Shown: piece after piece, positions 1-11,084 of the stretch
Layout of the letters: every line of letters starts with the position of its first letter
How positions within the stretch are numbered: the first letter of the stretch is position 1
Origin: Macrostomum lignano
Taxonomy: Eukaryota
Length of the DNA: 26,780 nt
Reading direction: 5' to 3'
NCBI GenBank assembly: GCA_002269645.1
Contig: NIVC01005082.1
Location: forward strand, 1-26,780
Program-made: the position numbers and the translations under genes
The notes under the pieces: model-generated
The model's database searches: none
What the model was told of the DNA's origin: nothing
Seen by the model: the letters and a program-made list of their open reading frames with translations, nothing else

Positions 1-105
1 TGCGACACAAAATAAGACTATCAAATTATTTGGTAGCCCTGAAAAAGGGCCGTTTTATCATTCAGGTACAATTACTGTACAGTGTACACTAGCCGCGAAG
101 AGTGT

Positions 106-300
106 TCAGGCAGGGTAGTAGTGGCTCACCCAGTACAGGAAGTTGCCGAAGTGTTACCCGTCCGGGTACAGCCAGCGCCACAGGTATTCCTGCAGGTGGG
201 ACTCGAACAACGCGTCGCTTGTCCGTGCATGGCCTGCAGCTTTGCCTTGGAGTGCGCCCAGGTGCCCCGATGGTATTGGTGTGGACGGTTGGGTCCTGGT
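106..300 (-). mobile_element. Merlin / IS1595-like (ISXO2-type) DDE transposase C-terminal relic, pseudogenized
   Basis: Correcting two 1-bp deletions, the minus strand reads VHTNTI(E)GTWAHSKAKLQAMH(G)TSDALFESHLQEYLWRWLYPDG*HFGNFLYWVSHYYPA*. HTNTIEGxW...L.E..WR is the IS1595/Merlin C-terminal signature. Internal TAA at 154-156, terminal TGA at 106-108. Confidence 0.7.
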
Positions 301-1574
301 CATTGGCCTGACCTCAGCCAGTGGGACAATCGTCGTTGGAGCAGATAGGCGACCTGCCATGCTGAAAAAGGGGTAAAAAATAATATAAGACTTTGAAAAT
401 AATTAAACGAACGAAACTGAAGGATAGCCGACCTTTTCTATATTGTGATAATAAATAACCCTTTTTTGAATTGTATAAAGTAACCTTTTTGGCAAATAAT
501 TTGGTTCATTTTTTTATTTAGCAATACCAATAGGCCATAAAGGCCTACTCTTTCTAATCAAAAATTTATACATGCCAAAATTTGTTTAAATGCTTTATTA
601 TAGGCTTGAAAACCTAGAAAGCTTTAAATTTACACCAAAAAATAAGTTTTTTTCATATTTTTTCTACTTCATATTTTCTTAGAAGTGATACATACCAATT
701 GTATATGCCTATTTTTGGCATGCAGGCCAATGTATGCCCAAAAATTTGGGCATATATTATATGATCCAGAGTATAGTATAAGTATGATTATTTTTCTACA
801 AAATTTTGTTTCCTAATATAACAATATATTCTGTTAAACTAGTATCCTGGCTGCCATTAACATTGATACAATGTTTTTTAATGGTTAAAAAAAGGTTGCT
901 ATTGGATATTAAAATAACATCATTTTTAGCCTGCCTTTTTAAGATTTTTAAACGTTAGTGGCCAATGTTGGGATTAGATTAAAAAATAACCATCTACCAA
1001 CCTTTTTGCTACATGCCCCACTGACTACTTATAGACATAGCTCTATAGTTTCAGAAAATAATTAACAGAAGAGTCTTTTGCTTTTTTTAGCAAAAGAGAT
1101 TGATTGTAATTCCATTTATTTAAAGTGGCATAGTAAACTTATGGTTACGTCAATAATAGATGTTATAAAATGAAACTGGGCTTGTATAAATTTAGTAATA
1201 TGTTTTGATGTATAATTTATTAAAAGCTAGCATACTTTAGTAGGAAAGATTAAAAGACTACATGAACACTTATAGAAAGATGCGCTCTTATGCGGGTGGG
1301 CCTGTAAAATTGAACCTCATTAATTAGTTGACCAAATTTTTGCAATAGCTAAAATAAGCTCATATGGGAAAGCAGTGCTTGCAAACATGCTTACTAAAAG
1401 TGGTTAAGAGTTTAATTGTTTTTGTTGTCAAATAAAAATTTGAGTTTCTGACCATTTCTGATAAAAGAATTAAAATGTTTTAATAGATAATTTTTGTATG
1501 AGCATAGCAAGTACAATATATTTTACAAGCTATTTGATATGGATGGTGGATGCTGTTTATGTTATATAAGTGGC

Positions 1575-3714
1575 TTAGTCTGCATACATTTCACATAGAA
1601 GATCCCCATCCTCCTCTGTGTCCATGTCACCGTTCTCAGCAGAATCACTCGAAATTGTCAAACCTTCAGCAGCTGCGGAACCAGTCTGGTTTCCAACAAG
1701 CAGCAACCTTTCACTCTGCTTTCTGATTCAAGTGCCTGCGTGCCTTAGATGCTCGCCAACTGCGGCTTCAGCCATTATTTTTGTGCAGTCACGGAAGACG
1801 CCAGAAGCTGCAGCTAAAAATACAAGATTTTGAAATATATTTTAAGCAGTACCTTTGAAGGATACAACTGTGGAAGGCTAATCCTATTTAACTCAGCTCT
1901 GTCAACTCAATTTAATACAGCTATATAATGTTGCAAATTGCACCAAACTGATTTATAGGAATCTTACTTACCATGGATAATAGGAAATAGACCAAGAGAG
2001 TCGAAGCTTCTCTTTGCGGCTCCTCGGCGAGTAGCCCCTTGCAGGCTAAACTGTGCTGCAAGCTGTCACAAAATGTTGGAAATCAGGTAATTTAGCCTCT
2101 TGCCCCCCAGAGAGCAAAATCGAACAATCTGAAAATGGATGATGGGGAATTATCTGCTGATTATACTGACTTTTATTACATGTGTGTAGTGCGTAATATC
2201 TAATTCAGGGCCTATATAAATTATTTTTTGCAGTATAAATGTAAGACTGTTCTCTGTTATTAGCGTTACTACTTTAATCAGTAATAAGTATCGACATCGA
2301 GTGACGTCCTTTGTTCACTCACTGTGGCTTTTTCGGCCTTCTTATCTCCCTTCACAGCCAAAATCTAGCTCTCAAGGGCTGCAAAGTCACTGAATGGCAA
2401 TGCTTCAAATAGCTGACGGTAGTCACAGCTGTCGGTGTTGTTCTCGTGTGGATTAGTTAGATGAGCCATTGTCTTGTTCTCCAGATCTGTTAATGCAGCT
2501 GTCACTGATGTATGCTAAGCCCAAACTACATCTGTGCAGTAGAATGATACAGTATATTATATAGAATTAGTAGCATATTGCATTATTGCAGTTCAGCATA
2601 AGAAGTCGAAATCAAGTAAGAAAGTACAAGTATATATTTACTTTGATTCAGGGGTTGCAGAGCTAGATTTTTTTAAGAGGGGGGAGGGCATTTTTCTTTT
2701 TAATCAAGGATTTTTTTTCTCTTTCAATTGAATAATTAGGCTTAGGGACTTTAATTTTAATGCTAAATTCACATGTAGTCACTCTCAAGCTGCTTAATAG
2801 CTGCTGTGAGCTTGTCTACTTTAGCGCACAAATTAGACGCAGAGACGCTATCATTTGGCTGCATTTGTCTAAACGCAAGAACGTTGGGCTCCCTGTTATG
2901 AGCTGCCGGTGTTGATGCGACAGTCAGTATAGGTGTGCCAAAAATGTTGGTCCCAGTAGCTGCCAACATGCTGGAATGATCAGCCGCTGCTGCTGCTCCT
3001 GTCAACTTGGAAGTTTGCGATTGCACTGGCATCTCTGGTGATGGTGAATTTCTGATTGGCAGAATCGGTGGTGGAAAGCTTTCCTTTTGCTGTTGTTTCC
3101 TGCGACTTTGAGTCGTGTCATCAGGCCCATGATCCGTCCGTCTGTCTCATCGATGAAGCATGCTACTGGCTGCCGAGACTGTGGAGCATCAGAGTCACTA
3201 GTCTCTATAGTGCCTCTCCTTGCGAATCGCTTTCAAAATTCAAAAGCTTCCTTCTGAGAGTCTGCAGCAGTGAAGATCAAAGAGAAATGATTTTATTTGG
3301 CACTTTAGCCTTCATTCATTTTGATTTGATACAATGTATTGTGATAATTCATGCCCACGTATTAAGACACATGCTTTATGTGTCTTAGAATTGGGATTGG
3401 GTATTGTATATTTACAAAGTTAACGTTAAAGCTAAACACAGGCGTTTAAAAACTGCAATATAATTCCTCAAATATTGAAAATAATACTTATATTAACTAT
3501 TCAATTGAATTTTCTTATCCCAAGATCTAACTATATCCACTGTCTTGAATGACCACTTGTCACTCGTCATCTTCTTGCCATTTATGGCTTGCTTATAGTC
3601 CAATACTGGTGGCCAGCAAACAAGATTTGGGTTCTTGAACCACGTGTTTAGAGTCAACTCTATGCTGCCATTGTCAAAAATGACCAGCACAAATTTTTTC
3701 TCCAAATGGGACAT
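1575..3714 (-). pseudogene. Multi-exon DUF4806/BEN-like domain gene, disrupted by several in-frame stops
   Basis: Approximate exons: 3714-3519 (FVLVIFDNGSIELTLNTWF..VCWPP), 3261-2773 (S/P-rich linker with stops and a frameshift), ~2500-2323 (LPFSDFAALES*IL), 2128-1972 (SLGGKRLNYLISNIL*QLAAQFSLQG..KRSFDSLGLFPIIH), 1813-1575 (AASGVFRDCTKIMAEAAVGEHLRHAGT*IRK...). The last two introns have GT-AG ends with matching phases (0 and 1). The first donor and the exon 3 acceptor are unclear. Confidence 0.55.
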
Positions 3715-4751
3715 TTTCGGATGATTAGGCTATTCTTAATTCTATGAAATAAAATGGAGCTAGGATGACACCTAAAGCACTTAAACTAGATTTGATGAGA
3801 ATATTCTAATGACAAAAGACAAAGTCAATATGATTAAGACAGCTAGCTGAAGCAAAATATACAAACAGTTTTCTTTTTACTCATTTACCACAGTTTGCAT
3901 ATTGGCTTTAAAGTATATTTCCATCAGTCTTCACTCCTCAGTCAACCAATTAAAATGAAGCAGCCCCCGGAATGAGGCCTCACCGCCTGGCCAATTGAAC
4001 ATTGCATATTGGACAAGCAAAATTGTACTGAAATTGTATCTTTCAGCAGCGGCAGATCCAGGGTTTTTGCTTAGGGGCTGAGAATTACATGTGAGGGTGC
4101 CGCCTTTTGTCAGGCAGGGGCGCCTGGCGCCGCATCAGGTTAGAACCTATGCGATGAACGCCATTTTTAGCGCTTGTAGCACCTTTTGGCGCCTGTGACC
4201 CTTTCTAGGACAACGGAGCAACCTCCTGTGACAGGGCGCCCACCTAAGACAGGCGCTGTTCGATTTGGGTGGCGGGGGACAACTGGGCGGGTCAATAGGC
4301 CATGTGAATGAAGTGAGCAGTCGCTCAAACTCTTTCGTTCCTTCGTTATATGAGTGATTCGCTCATCGTATTGCAGATCATTGTTGGTAAAATAAATAGG
4401 ACAAAGTCATATCTTCTTTAAGGAACCAAAATTTTTTTTAGAAACTATAAAGCTAAGACTTGGGGCTTGGGGAAACCTGGAGAGCCAGTAATTTATGACG
4501 GGGAGACATTTAGTTTCTTTTACTTCCTTAGTCGTTTATCCTTTCATTGACAGGAAGGAAGAAAAATTACTTGTAAAATTTGTAACCTTCTTATGCCATG
4601 ACTTCAATCTATCTGATTTCATCAAACCATCCAGACTTCATAGATCCCATGTCGTCATATTTTATCTGCCATGTTTCTATTTCTTCTGATTTGAAATGCC
4701 TATTAGTGCTTATTATGCGCTATGATATTTTTTCCAATTTTTATATAGCTT

Positions 4752-4760
4752 TTATTCCAC
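4752..4760 (+). repeat. Left target-site duplication TTATTCCAC
   Basis: Identical 9-mer at 7374-7382, directly after the (TGT)n tail. Confidence 0.85.
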
Positions 4761-6145
4761 GGCGCGTTGACTATGGCGGCGAAGAACTCGCGCATCTCGT
4801 TCCTGCGCTCATCCGGAGTGTCGCCTGCCAGGTTGAGCACGATGCGACGCTTTCGCCCCGTCAGAGTGTTGATGACGGACCAGGCCACGCGCTCTCTGGC
4901 ATTGGGCCCTGCGGCAGAGACGGCTTGGATGGCGTCATCGACAGCGGACTGCTGCCGCTGCAGGTAGACAGCCGCCAGAGCCTCCTCCGCCTCGCGAGTT
5001 TGCCGCCCACTCAGACGGAGCCTCTCCAGATCTTCCCTCGCTTCGTCGATCGCGGGTCGTCCTGCCACCGGCTGCCCGCGCTGGGCCGGTCGCATCAGCG
5101 GGACTGCTTGCTCCGCAGCGGCTCGAACTGCAGCGCTCACCTCCGCGTACTCGGCTCCTCCACGCTTGTCGCCCAGCGCAGTGACAAAGGCACCGGCAAA
5201 GCGACGTCGCGTCTCGGCGTCCCTGAGCGCGCGGTAGTAGCGCCGCGGTGGCCGCTTTGGCGGACGGTAGAGCGGGTCCCGAAGCCGAAGGTCGCAGATG
5301 AGCAGCCGATGGTCGGACCGCAGAGCCAGCGGCGTAATGGTGCGGCAGTTGGTGACGCGGCGGCTCACACGAAAGCGCACAAGCACGTGGTCGAGCTGTG
5401 CCAGCCTCCGCGTAGCGTTCCGGCCGCGCGCGTTCCGCCGCCTCCGCTTGCAGCCCACGAAGGTCGCGAGCCTGCCCGGTGACTTGCGGAATCTGGTGTT
5501 GGCCGACACCATGTCCTGTCTCTCCAGGAAGTCCTCTAGCGCTCCGGTGTTGCCGTTCTCGCGCGCTGTTACGAACAGCGATCGCTCGGACCTACGCAGA
5601 ACTGCGTTCAGGTCTCCGAGAATGACCACTGTGTCACGTTGCGCCATCTCCTCCACCCGCACCGAGAGTTGCTCGAAGAAGGCCTGAGCCTCATCGGAGC
5701 GGGTAGCAGGCGGCGCGTACGCGCAGAACAGGCGGGCGTTCCGGCCGCGAAGCCGGACGTCGACCCGAAGCAGCCGAGAAGACAGGGCGACGCAGCGACA
5801 GCTCTGCTGCAGCCTCGGTCCGATCAGCGCTTCAACTCCTCCACGGCCTCGCTCATCCGCTGAGGTGTACCAGAGTGTCCACCCGGCGCCCAGGTCCTCA
5901 CAGTGAAGTCCGGGGTCGGCTCTGATAGACACCTCCTGTAGTGCGATGACATCACAGCTGAGGTCGAGCGCTAGCCTCGCCAGCAGCCCTCTCCGCCATG
6001 TGGCCTTGAGAGTGCGGCAGTTCAGCGTCCCGACCCGAAGCGTGCCCTCTGGTACGGCTGGGGCTCGATGCTGGTGAGCCTCATGGTCCCCGGCGCCACC
6101 CGGAAGATCCAATTGGGCCAGCGCAGCAGCAGCTCGGCGGGCGGC
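4761..6145 (-). CDS. Retrotransposon APE endonuclease + linker (inverted segment, stop-free)
   Basis: Within ORF 4703..6511: VGTLNCRTL, DVIALQEV, CAYAP, VILGDLNA, QLDHVLV, SDHRLL. The element ends at ...REFFAAIVNAP; the WNKSYIK tail is host flank, and the first ~120 aa of that ORF are antisense to the RT. Confidence 0.88.
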
Positions 6146-6146
6146 G

Positions 6147-7328
6147 CCTGAGCAGAACGGATTCCGGCCCCATCGCGGCACAGTGACGCAGATCCTGGCT
6201 CTTCGGCGAGTCATCGAGGAGGCGCGCATCCGCCAGTTGACCCTGATCCTGATCTTCGTCGATTTCAGGAAGGCCTTCGACTCGGTCGTGAGGGACGTGC
6301 TCCCAGAGGTGCTCCGTGCGTACAACGTGCCAGAGCTGCTGATTTCTGCTGTCATGGCGCTGTACCACGGCACGACGGCTGCTGTCTCAACACCGGACGG
6401 CCTATCGGATTTCTTCGAGACATCCTCCGGGGTGCTCCAGGGAGATACGCTAGCGCCGTTCCTATTTATTCTGGTGCTTGACTGGGTGCTACGGACTGCT
6501 CTGCCTTCCAACGACGACGGCTTCCTGCTGCGGCGACGCGTGGGTCGACGCCAAGCGGAGAGACGGCTCAGCGTGCTTGGCTACGCCGATGACCTCGCCC
6601 TGCTGTCCTCGACCGTCGAGGGCGCCCAACGACAGCTGGATAGGCTGGTTGCCGTTGCGGCGAGCGTCGGCCTGGGGGTCAACACGCAGAAGACCGTCGT
6701 GCTATGCGTGCCGGACGACACCGAGGCTGCAATCTTCTGCCGAGGCGCTGACGGACAGGCGAGTGAGCTTCCAAGATGTCAGCAGTTCGTCTACCTCGGC
6801 GGTCTGGTTCCCGACGTCCGCGAGGATCTGCGGCGTCGCCGAGGACTTGCCTGGGCTGCCTTTCGTTCTATAAGGTCATTCCTGCAGTCCGAGGCCCTAC
6901 CGGACCGCCAGAGGGCGGCGCTGTTCCAGGCGGTGATCGAGACCGTCCTGTTATACAACGCCGAGACCTGGACGCTGACAGACTCGCTCGAGGCTCAAGT
7001 CGCGCACGCTGGCCTGCTGCGCGCCGCCTTCAAAATCGGCAACGAGCGAGTCACCAACACGGCGCTCTATCATCGCGCCGGCCTGGCCCGTCCTAGCGAT
7101 TTGCTGCGCCGTCGGCGACTCCAGCTGGCAGGCCACGTCATCCGCGCCGAGGCCTACTGTCCGGAGCCGGTGCAGGAGGTGCTGCTACTTACGTTGCAGG
7201 CACCCTACCGGCGGGGACAGGCGAGGACTCGGCGCTACGTCGACTGTCTGCTGGCTGACGCCGGCGCCCCGGACTCTGCCGGCGGTGCGGCCTTTGTTCG
7301 CGCCCAAGCTTCGAAGCGCGCCATCTGA
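6147..7328 (+). CDS. Retrotransposon reverse transcriptase (N-terminal part missing) + C-terminal domain
   Basis: PEQNGFRPHRGTVTQILALRRVIEE, FVDFRKAFDSV, GVLQGDTLAPFLF, LGYADDLALL, FVYLGG, VLLYNAETWTL, RRRLQLAGH. Open frame to TGA at 7328. Confidence 0.92.
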   Translation, partial: PEQNGFRPHRGTVTQILALRRVIEEARIRQLTLILIFVDFRKAFDSVVRDVLPEVLRAYNVPELLISAVMALYHGTTAAVSTPDGLSDFFETSSGVLQGDTLAPFLFILVLDWVLRTALPSNDDGFLLRRRVGRRQAERRLSVLGYADDLALLSSTVEGAQRQLDRLVAVAASVGLGVNTQKTVVLCVPDDTEAAIFCRGADGQASELPRCQQFVYLGGLVPDVREDLRRRRGLAWAAFRSIRSFLQSEALPDRQRAALFQAVIETVLLYNAETWTLTDSLEAQVAHAGLLRAAFKIGNERVTNTALYHRAGLARPSDLLRRRRLQLAGHVIRAEAYCPEPVQEVLLLTLQAPYRRGQARTRRYVDCLLADAGAPDSAGGAAFVRAQASKRAI

Positions 7329-7373
7329 CGCTGCTTTTGCGAACTGACAGCGTACTCTGTTCTGTTGTTGTTG

Positions 7374-7382
7374 TTATTCCAC
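7374..7382 (+). repeat. Right target-site duplication TTATTCCAC
   Basis: Identical to 4752-4760. Confidence 0.85.
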
Positions 7383-7769
7383 TAATTTCTATGCTAAAAT
7401 ATTTTAGCTTTTAACCTATATCTATTAATAAAAAAACAAATATAGCTAGAATGGCCAAGGCTTTGCAAGGTTATTGATAAAGTTAGCTCTATGCCTTAAA
7501 ATGTGCATTAGTGACAAAAACATTTTAGATTTTTGCTATTTTTTCTATTCTCTTTAATTCTTTTTTTCCTATAGAAAAAATGGAGTATTTTAAGTTGTTT
7601 ATTGTTTATTGACTATTTAAGACAACAAAGCTAACTTATTCAAAAAATATAAAAATAAGAATTTTGTCAGAATTTCAATTATATCTAAATAAAGAAGATG
7701 AATAAAAAATAGAAAAAAAGTTTATTATATTGGCTTTGCATTTTATAATGACTTCTTATGTTAACATAA

Positions 7770-7955
7770 GCCTTTTTGACTGTTCTCTCCTTTTCTTTTC
7801 CTTTTTGTCTGCCCTCTCCTTTTGCTTTTCTATGCCCCCTTTTCTCTCCTCTCCCCTTTCTCTTCCCCTCCTCCCTCTTCTTCCCCTATCTTCTCTTCTC
7901 CTTCTTTCTTTGTGTTCTTTCCTCTTTGCCATCTCTCTCTTCACATATCTCTTTT
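7770..7955. repeat. Polypyrimidine (CT-rich) low-complexity tract
   Basis: Almost entirely C/T on the plus strand; it produces the spurious L/S/F/P-rich and R/K/E-rich ORFs. Confidence 0.8.
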
Positions 7956-8114
7956 TATAATGTTTGAGTGATTAAAGTAATAAAATATGCAATTCTTGCT
8001 GAGATATTCTGTGAGAGCAATGGCTTGCTTATCAATGGGTTTTCAATAAGCCTCATTTGCCTTCTTCCAATCTGATCTCATTGTGGACATGGCATTAAAA
8101 ATCTTTGTTGCTTA

Positions 8115-8507
8115 GAAACTGGCAATATTCATTTATCAAGAAAGCTTCCCTTATATTAAAAGTGAAAATTATCTTAACTTTAGCCTCCCTCCCATTTTAA
8201 CCCCAAAGAGCATGTAGTGTTAAAATTTTCTGTCTGTTGCTTGAGTCCCCAATTCTAAGGGTTTAAGAGCTCCTCTCTCATTGAAAGTGAAAACATTCAA
8301 TCTTAAATTTAGCCTCTACTATCCAAACTTTATCCTAGTTCCTAACTCTAGGGACTAGAAGCTCCCATTGAAAGTGAAAACATTAACCTTTTAGCCCCTA
8401 CCACCCAACCACAAGGGGGACATGACATTGAAAATCTCCATTGCTTGAGTTCTAAATCCTAGAGATTAAGAGTTCCCCTTACTTGGAAACTGGCAATATT
8501 CATTTAT
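8115..8507. repeat. Degenerate local duplication
   Basis: GAAACTGGCAATATTCATTTAT occurs at 8115-8136 and 8486-8507; TTGAAAGTGAAAACATT at 8281-8297 and 8368-8384; recurring TTGCTTGAGT and TTTAGCC segments. Confidence 0.6.
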
Positions 8508-8927
8508 TTCTACTATCCTACTCCCATCAACTGAACAGCTTCAATGGTCTTTTAAGTGTCAGTTGAGTGGTATTTCTAGATATGGGAAATATGTGTTCTT
8601 TTAACTGTATACATATGCTTTGCCAAAAACTTCTAAAAAGTATCCATAACTTTTTATAGCCATATCTGTAGCTAAAGTGGAATTCTAATTCTACCTATGT
8701 AGTTGCATTGCGAAGTTATTCATTTTCATTATTTATTAATTCATTCTTAGAGTTAAATTAACGAAGCTGTATGCTTACCTCATCTTCAACATTGCTAAGC
8801 ACTACAAGCTGTTTTTCTATTATACTTAATTTTCAGTGTTCTAAGTGAATATTAATTTAGATTTTTACTAACAGTAAGAATTAAATAGGATCCTATTCTG
8901 TAACAATTTATTAAAATATCTGTTTTC

Positions 8928-10106
8928 ATGCCGCCGCTAGCAAGTACGCAGGCCCTTCGTAGGCACCCGACAATGCACGCAGCAGCAGCGGTTGCTTCAG
9001 CCGCCTCTGTTACTTCTGAGGCCATGCCAGCTGCTAGCGGTTCTCCATTATCTAGCGAGCAGTGGCCTAGTAGTTACCAGGGTAACCATAGCAACAGCGG
9101 CAGCAGTTCCCCAGCCTCCATCAGCCTGCTGCACCAGCAGTCTCGCAAGCGCCGTCGCACCGGCGGCCCGCTATCGTCGCCAACAGCTAGTAATCATAAT
9201 TCAAAGCTGCCATTTCATCTGCCACCGATGGTAAAGAAAGAGAAATCGATCAGTCTAGTTGCCATGGAGACGGCTAGTACAAGCGAGTCTGTGTCGGATG
9301 CTTCTATGCCGAATGGCAGCGGCGCAGACCAGAGCAGTCACGCCGGCGCCAACGGCAAAGAGCTGTTTGTACTGTCGCTGGCTGTGATTCTGTCGCTAAC
9401 TGGAGGCGGCGGCCAAGCACCCTGGGATGAGTTCTCCGCTGCTAGCCAGCCGTTGCCAGGCGTTGCCAAGGACGCCGCTATGCTGCCGCAGCTGCCTCAT
9501 GACCTGGCTCTAATTGGCGGCCTAAGCAGCAAATCCGACCGCATCTCCGATTGGCTGGCCGCTAATCCTCTGGCTCTGCGTCAGCAGCAGGCGGCTTATC
9601 CCAGCACCATTGTGGGCTGGTCGCCGTCAACTTCGACTAACTCAATGTGGAACGATCAGGACACGGTTGCTTTGGCATTCTATCAACAGCCGGATTCGAA
9701 AGATTTAATGCTAGGAGGCGGTGCAGCTGCCGGAGTGTCTGTGTTACCGAAACCGCTGACTACTATGAGTAGTAGCAGCAACGGCAGTCAGAGTCCGCCG
9801 CAATCGACCACATCTTCATCTCTGTGGTGGCAGGCTGGTTTAGAATCCGACGCTAACAATGGAGACGAGCATCTGAGCGAGTCGGAGTTGCAAATCAATG
9901 CCGAATTGGATCAGCTGTTTCCGCTTGGCGAGTTGGATCAGCTGGGATTTGATCCCGATAGTTTTATGGGGTTGTTGAACGAACCTGCCGTTGACATTTC
10001 GGGCGCGGCTGGGACGGACAGCGAAGGTCAAATGATGTCAGCAATGCTGATGCCGCCAAAGTCTGAGGACGGCGACCAATCGGAAGGATTTAAAACTGAG
10101 GAGTGT
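8928..10106 (+). CDS. cnc: CNC/Nrf-family bZIP transcription factor, exon 1 (393 codons; S/A-rich and acidic regions)
   Basis: Long GC-rich ORF ending ...KTEEC at a GTAAGT donor (10107, phase 0). Contains an SRKRRR basic cluster, a hydrophobic LFVLSLAVILSLTG segment and an acidic ELDQLFPLGELD region. Upstream exons cannot be excluded. The symbol is family-level only. Confidence 0.75.
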
Positions 10107-10140
10107 GTAAGTTGGTTTGGGGTGCCACTTTTAGGGTAGG

Positions 10141-10530
10141 GGCCATATATGGGGCTTTCAGAGTCCCTTTTTATGGACCATATGGGGCTTTGAGAGTCCC
10201 TTTTTATGGACCATATGGAGCTTTGAGAGTCCCTTTTTATGGACCATATGGGGCTTTCAGAGTCCCTTTTTATGGACCATATGGGGCTTTCAGAGTCCCT
10301 TTTTATGGACCATATGGGGTTTTCAGAGTCCCTTTTTATGGACCATATGGGGCTTTCAGAGTCCCTTTTTATGGACCATATGGGGTTTTCAGAGTCCCTT
10401 TTTATGGACCATATGGGGCTTTCAGAGTCCCTTTTTATGGACCATATGGGGCTTTCAGAGTCCCTTTTTATGGACCATATTGAGCTCTCAGTCCCATATG
10501 GAACCACATAGTTTTGGACCATATGGGGTT
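10141..10530. repeat. 33-bp minisatellite, 10 near-identical units plus degenerate ends, in the CNC intron
   Basis: Unit GGACCATATGGGGCTTTCAGAGTCCCTTTTTAT; seen as the 11-aa periodicity (WSIKRDSESPI) of the overlapping ORFs. Confidence 0.95.
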
Positions 10531-10784
10531 GCAGCGCACTTTTAAAGCCTGGTTGAAGAACTGAGTGAGTCAGACTGTAGGCTACCGACAAAATACCCAG
10601 TATTTAAGTGTGCACTGTATCGAATATTTGAGTAGAAAAGACGCTGCTCGTCTTGCTTGTTATGGACCAAGCCTTGAGCATGGGAGTCCTTTATAAAAAA
10701 TGAAAACAGAAATGTCTGACTCGCTGTTAAGTCTTTTTGAACGAGTTACCTAAACAATTTTTTCAACGGGGCATATAGAATTTT

Positions 10785-11015
10785 CTGATGTACCAGCGGC
10801 CCAGGCTCGATTCCAAGTGCAGTCACGTTAATTTGGGGGCTAAATTGTAATCTCGGCTTGGCTCTGCTCGTGCAATTAAAGCCCTTCCCGATTAAAACGG
10901 TACCCAGACCAAAAATCTTCTCGTCGTTTTAGAATCGTTTAGAATCGACTCCCCTGAATGCTTAGGGGAGTCGGCCGAATGGGCAGTAATACCTCTCGCC
11001 GGTTGTGCGACAATG
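10785..11015 (+). mobile_element. Truncated, internally deleted copy of tRNA-derived SINE family B
   Basis: CTGATGTACCAGCGGCCCAGGCTCGATTCCAAGTGCAGTCACGTTAATTTGGGGGCT...CTCGGCTTGGCTCTGCTC and CAGTAATACCTCTCGCCGGTTGTG match the reverse complement of 22877-23249. Confidence 0.75.
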
Positions 11016-11084
11016 CCGACAATGCACACAGCATCCTGCCTATAATAAAACTTACACACCTGTAAACAATATTCATTTTTTCAG

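Larger units (their letters stand above)
4761..7373 (+). mobile_element. RTE-like non-LTR retrotransposon with inverted 5' half
   Basis: The APE endonuclease plus linker is on the minus strand (~6145-4761) and the RT is on the plus strand (~6147-7328), followed by a short 3' UTR and a (TGT)n-like tail at 7358-7373. The unit is flanked by the direct repeat TTATTCCAC. Confidence 0.9.

Noticed and set aside
4047-4300. CAGCGGCAGATCCAGG as the terminal inverted repeat of a MITE
   Set aside because: No matching inverted partner or TSD nearby; the only similar string (~26135) is too distant and divergent.
4598-5863. Plus-strand ORFs of 294, 129 and 74 aa
   Set aside because: Antisense shadows of the GC-rich endonuclease ORF, with no recognisable motifs.
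4703-6511. The 602-aa minus-strand ORF as one natural protein overlapping the RT
   Set aside because: Its first ~120 aa are antisense to the RT and its last residues are host flank; it is an artefact of the inversion junction.
7730-7967. Hydrophobic or charged small ORFs
   Set aside because: They derive from a CT-rich low-complexity tract.
10141-10530. CArG (SRF) boxes in the 33-bp unit
   Set aside because: CCATATGG has 4 and CCTTTTTATGG has 7 central A/T bases, not the required 6.
10028-10591. Repetitive ORFs (WSIKRDSESPI, FRVPFYGPYGA, MDHMGLSESLF) as repeat proteins
   Set aside because: They are by-products of a 33-bp unit lying inside a well-supported phase-0 intron.
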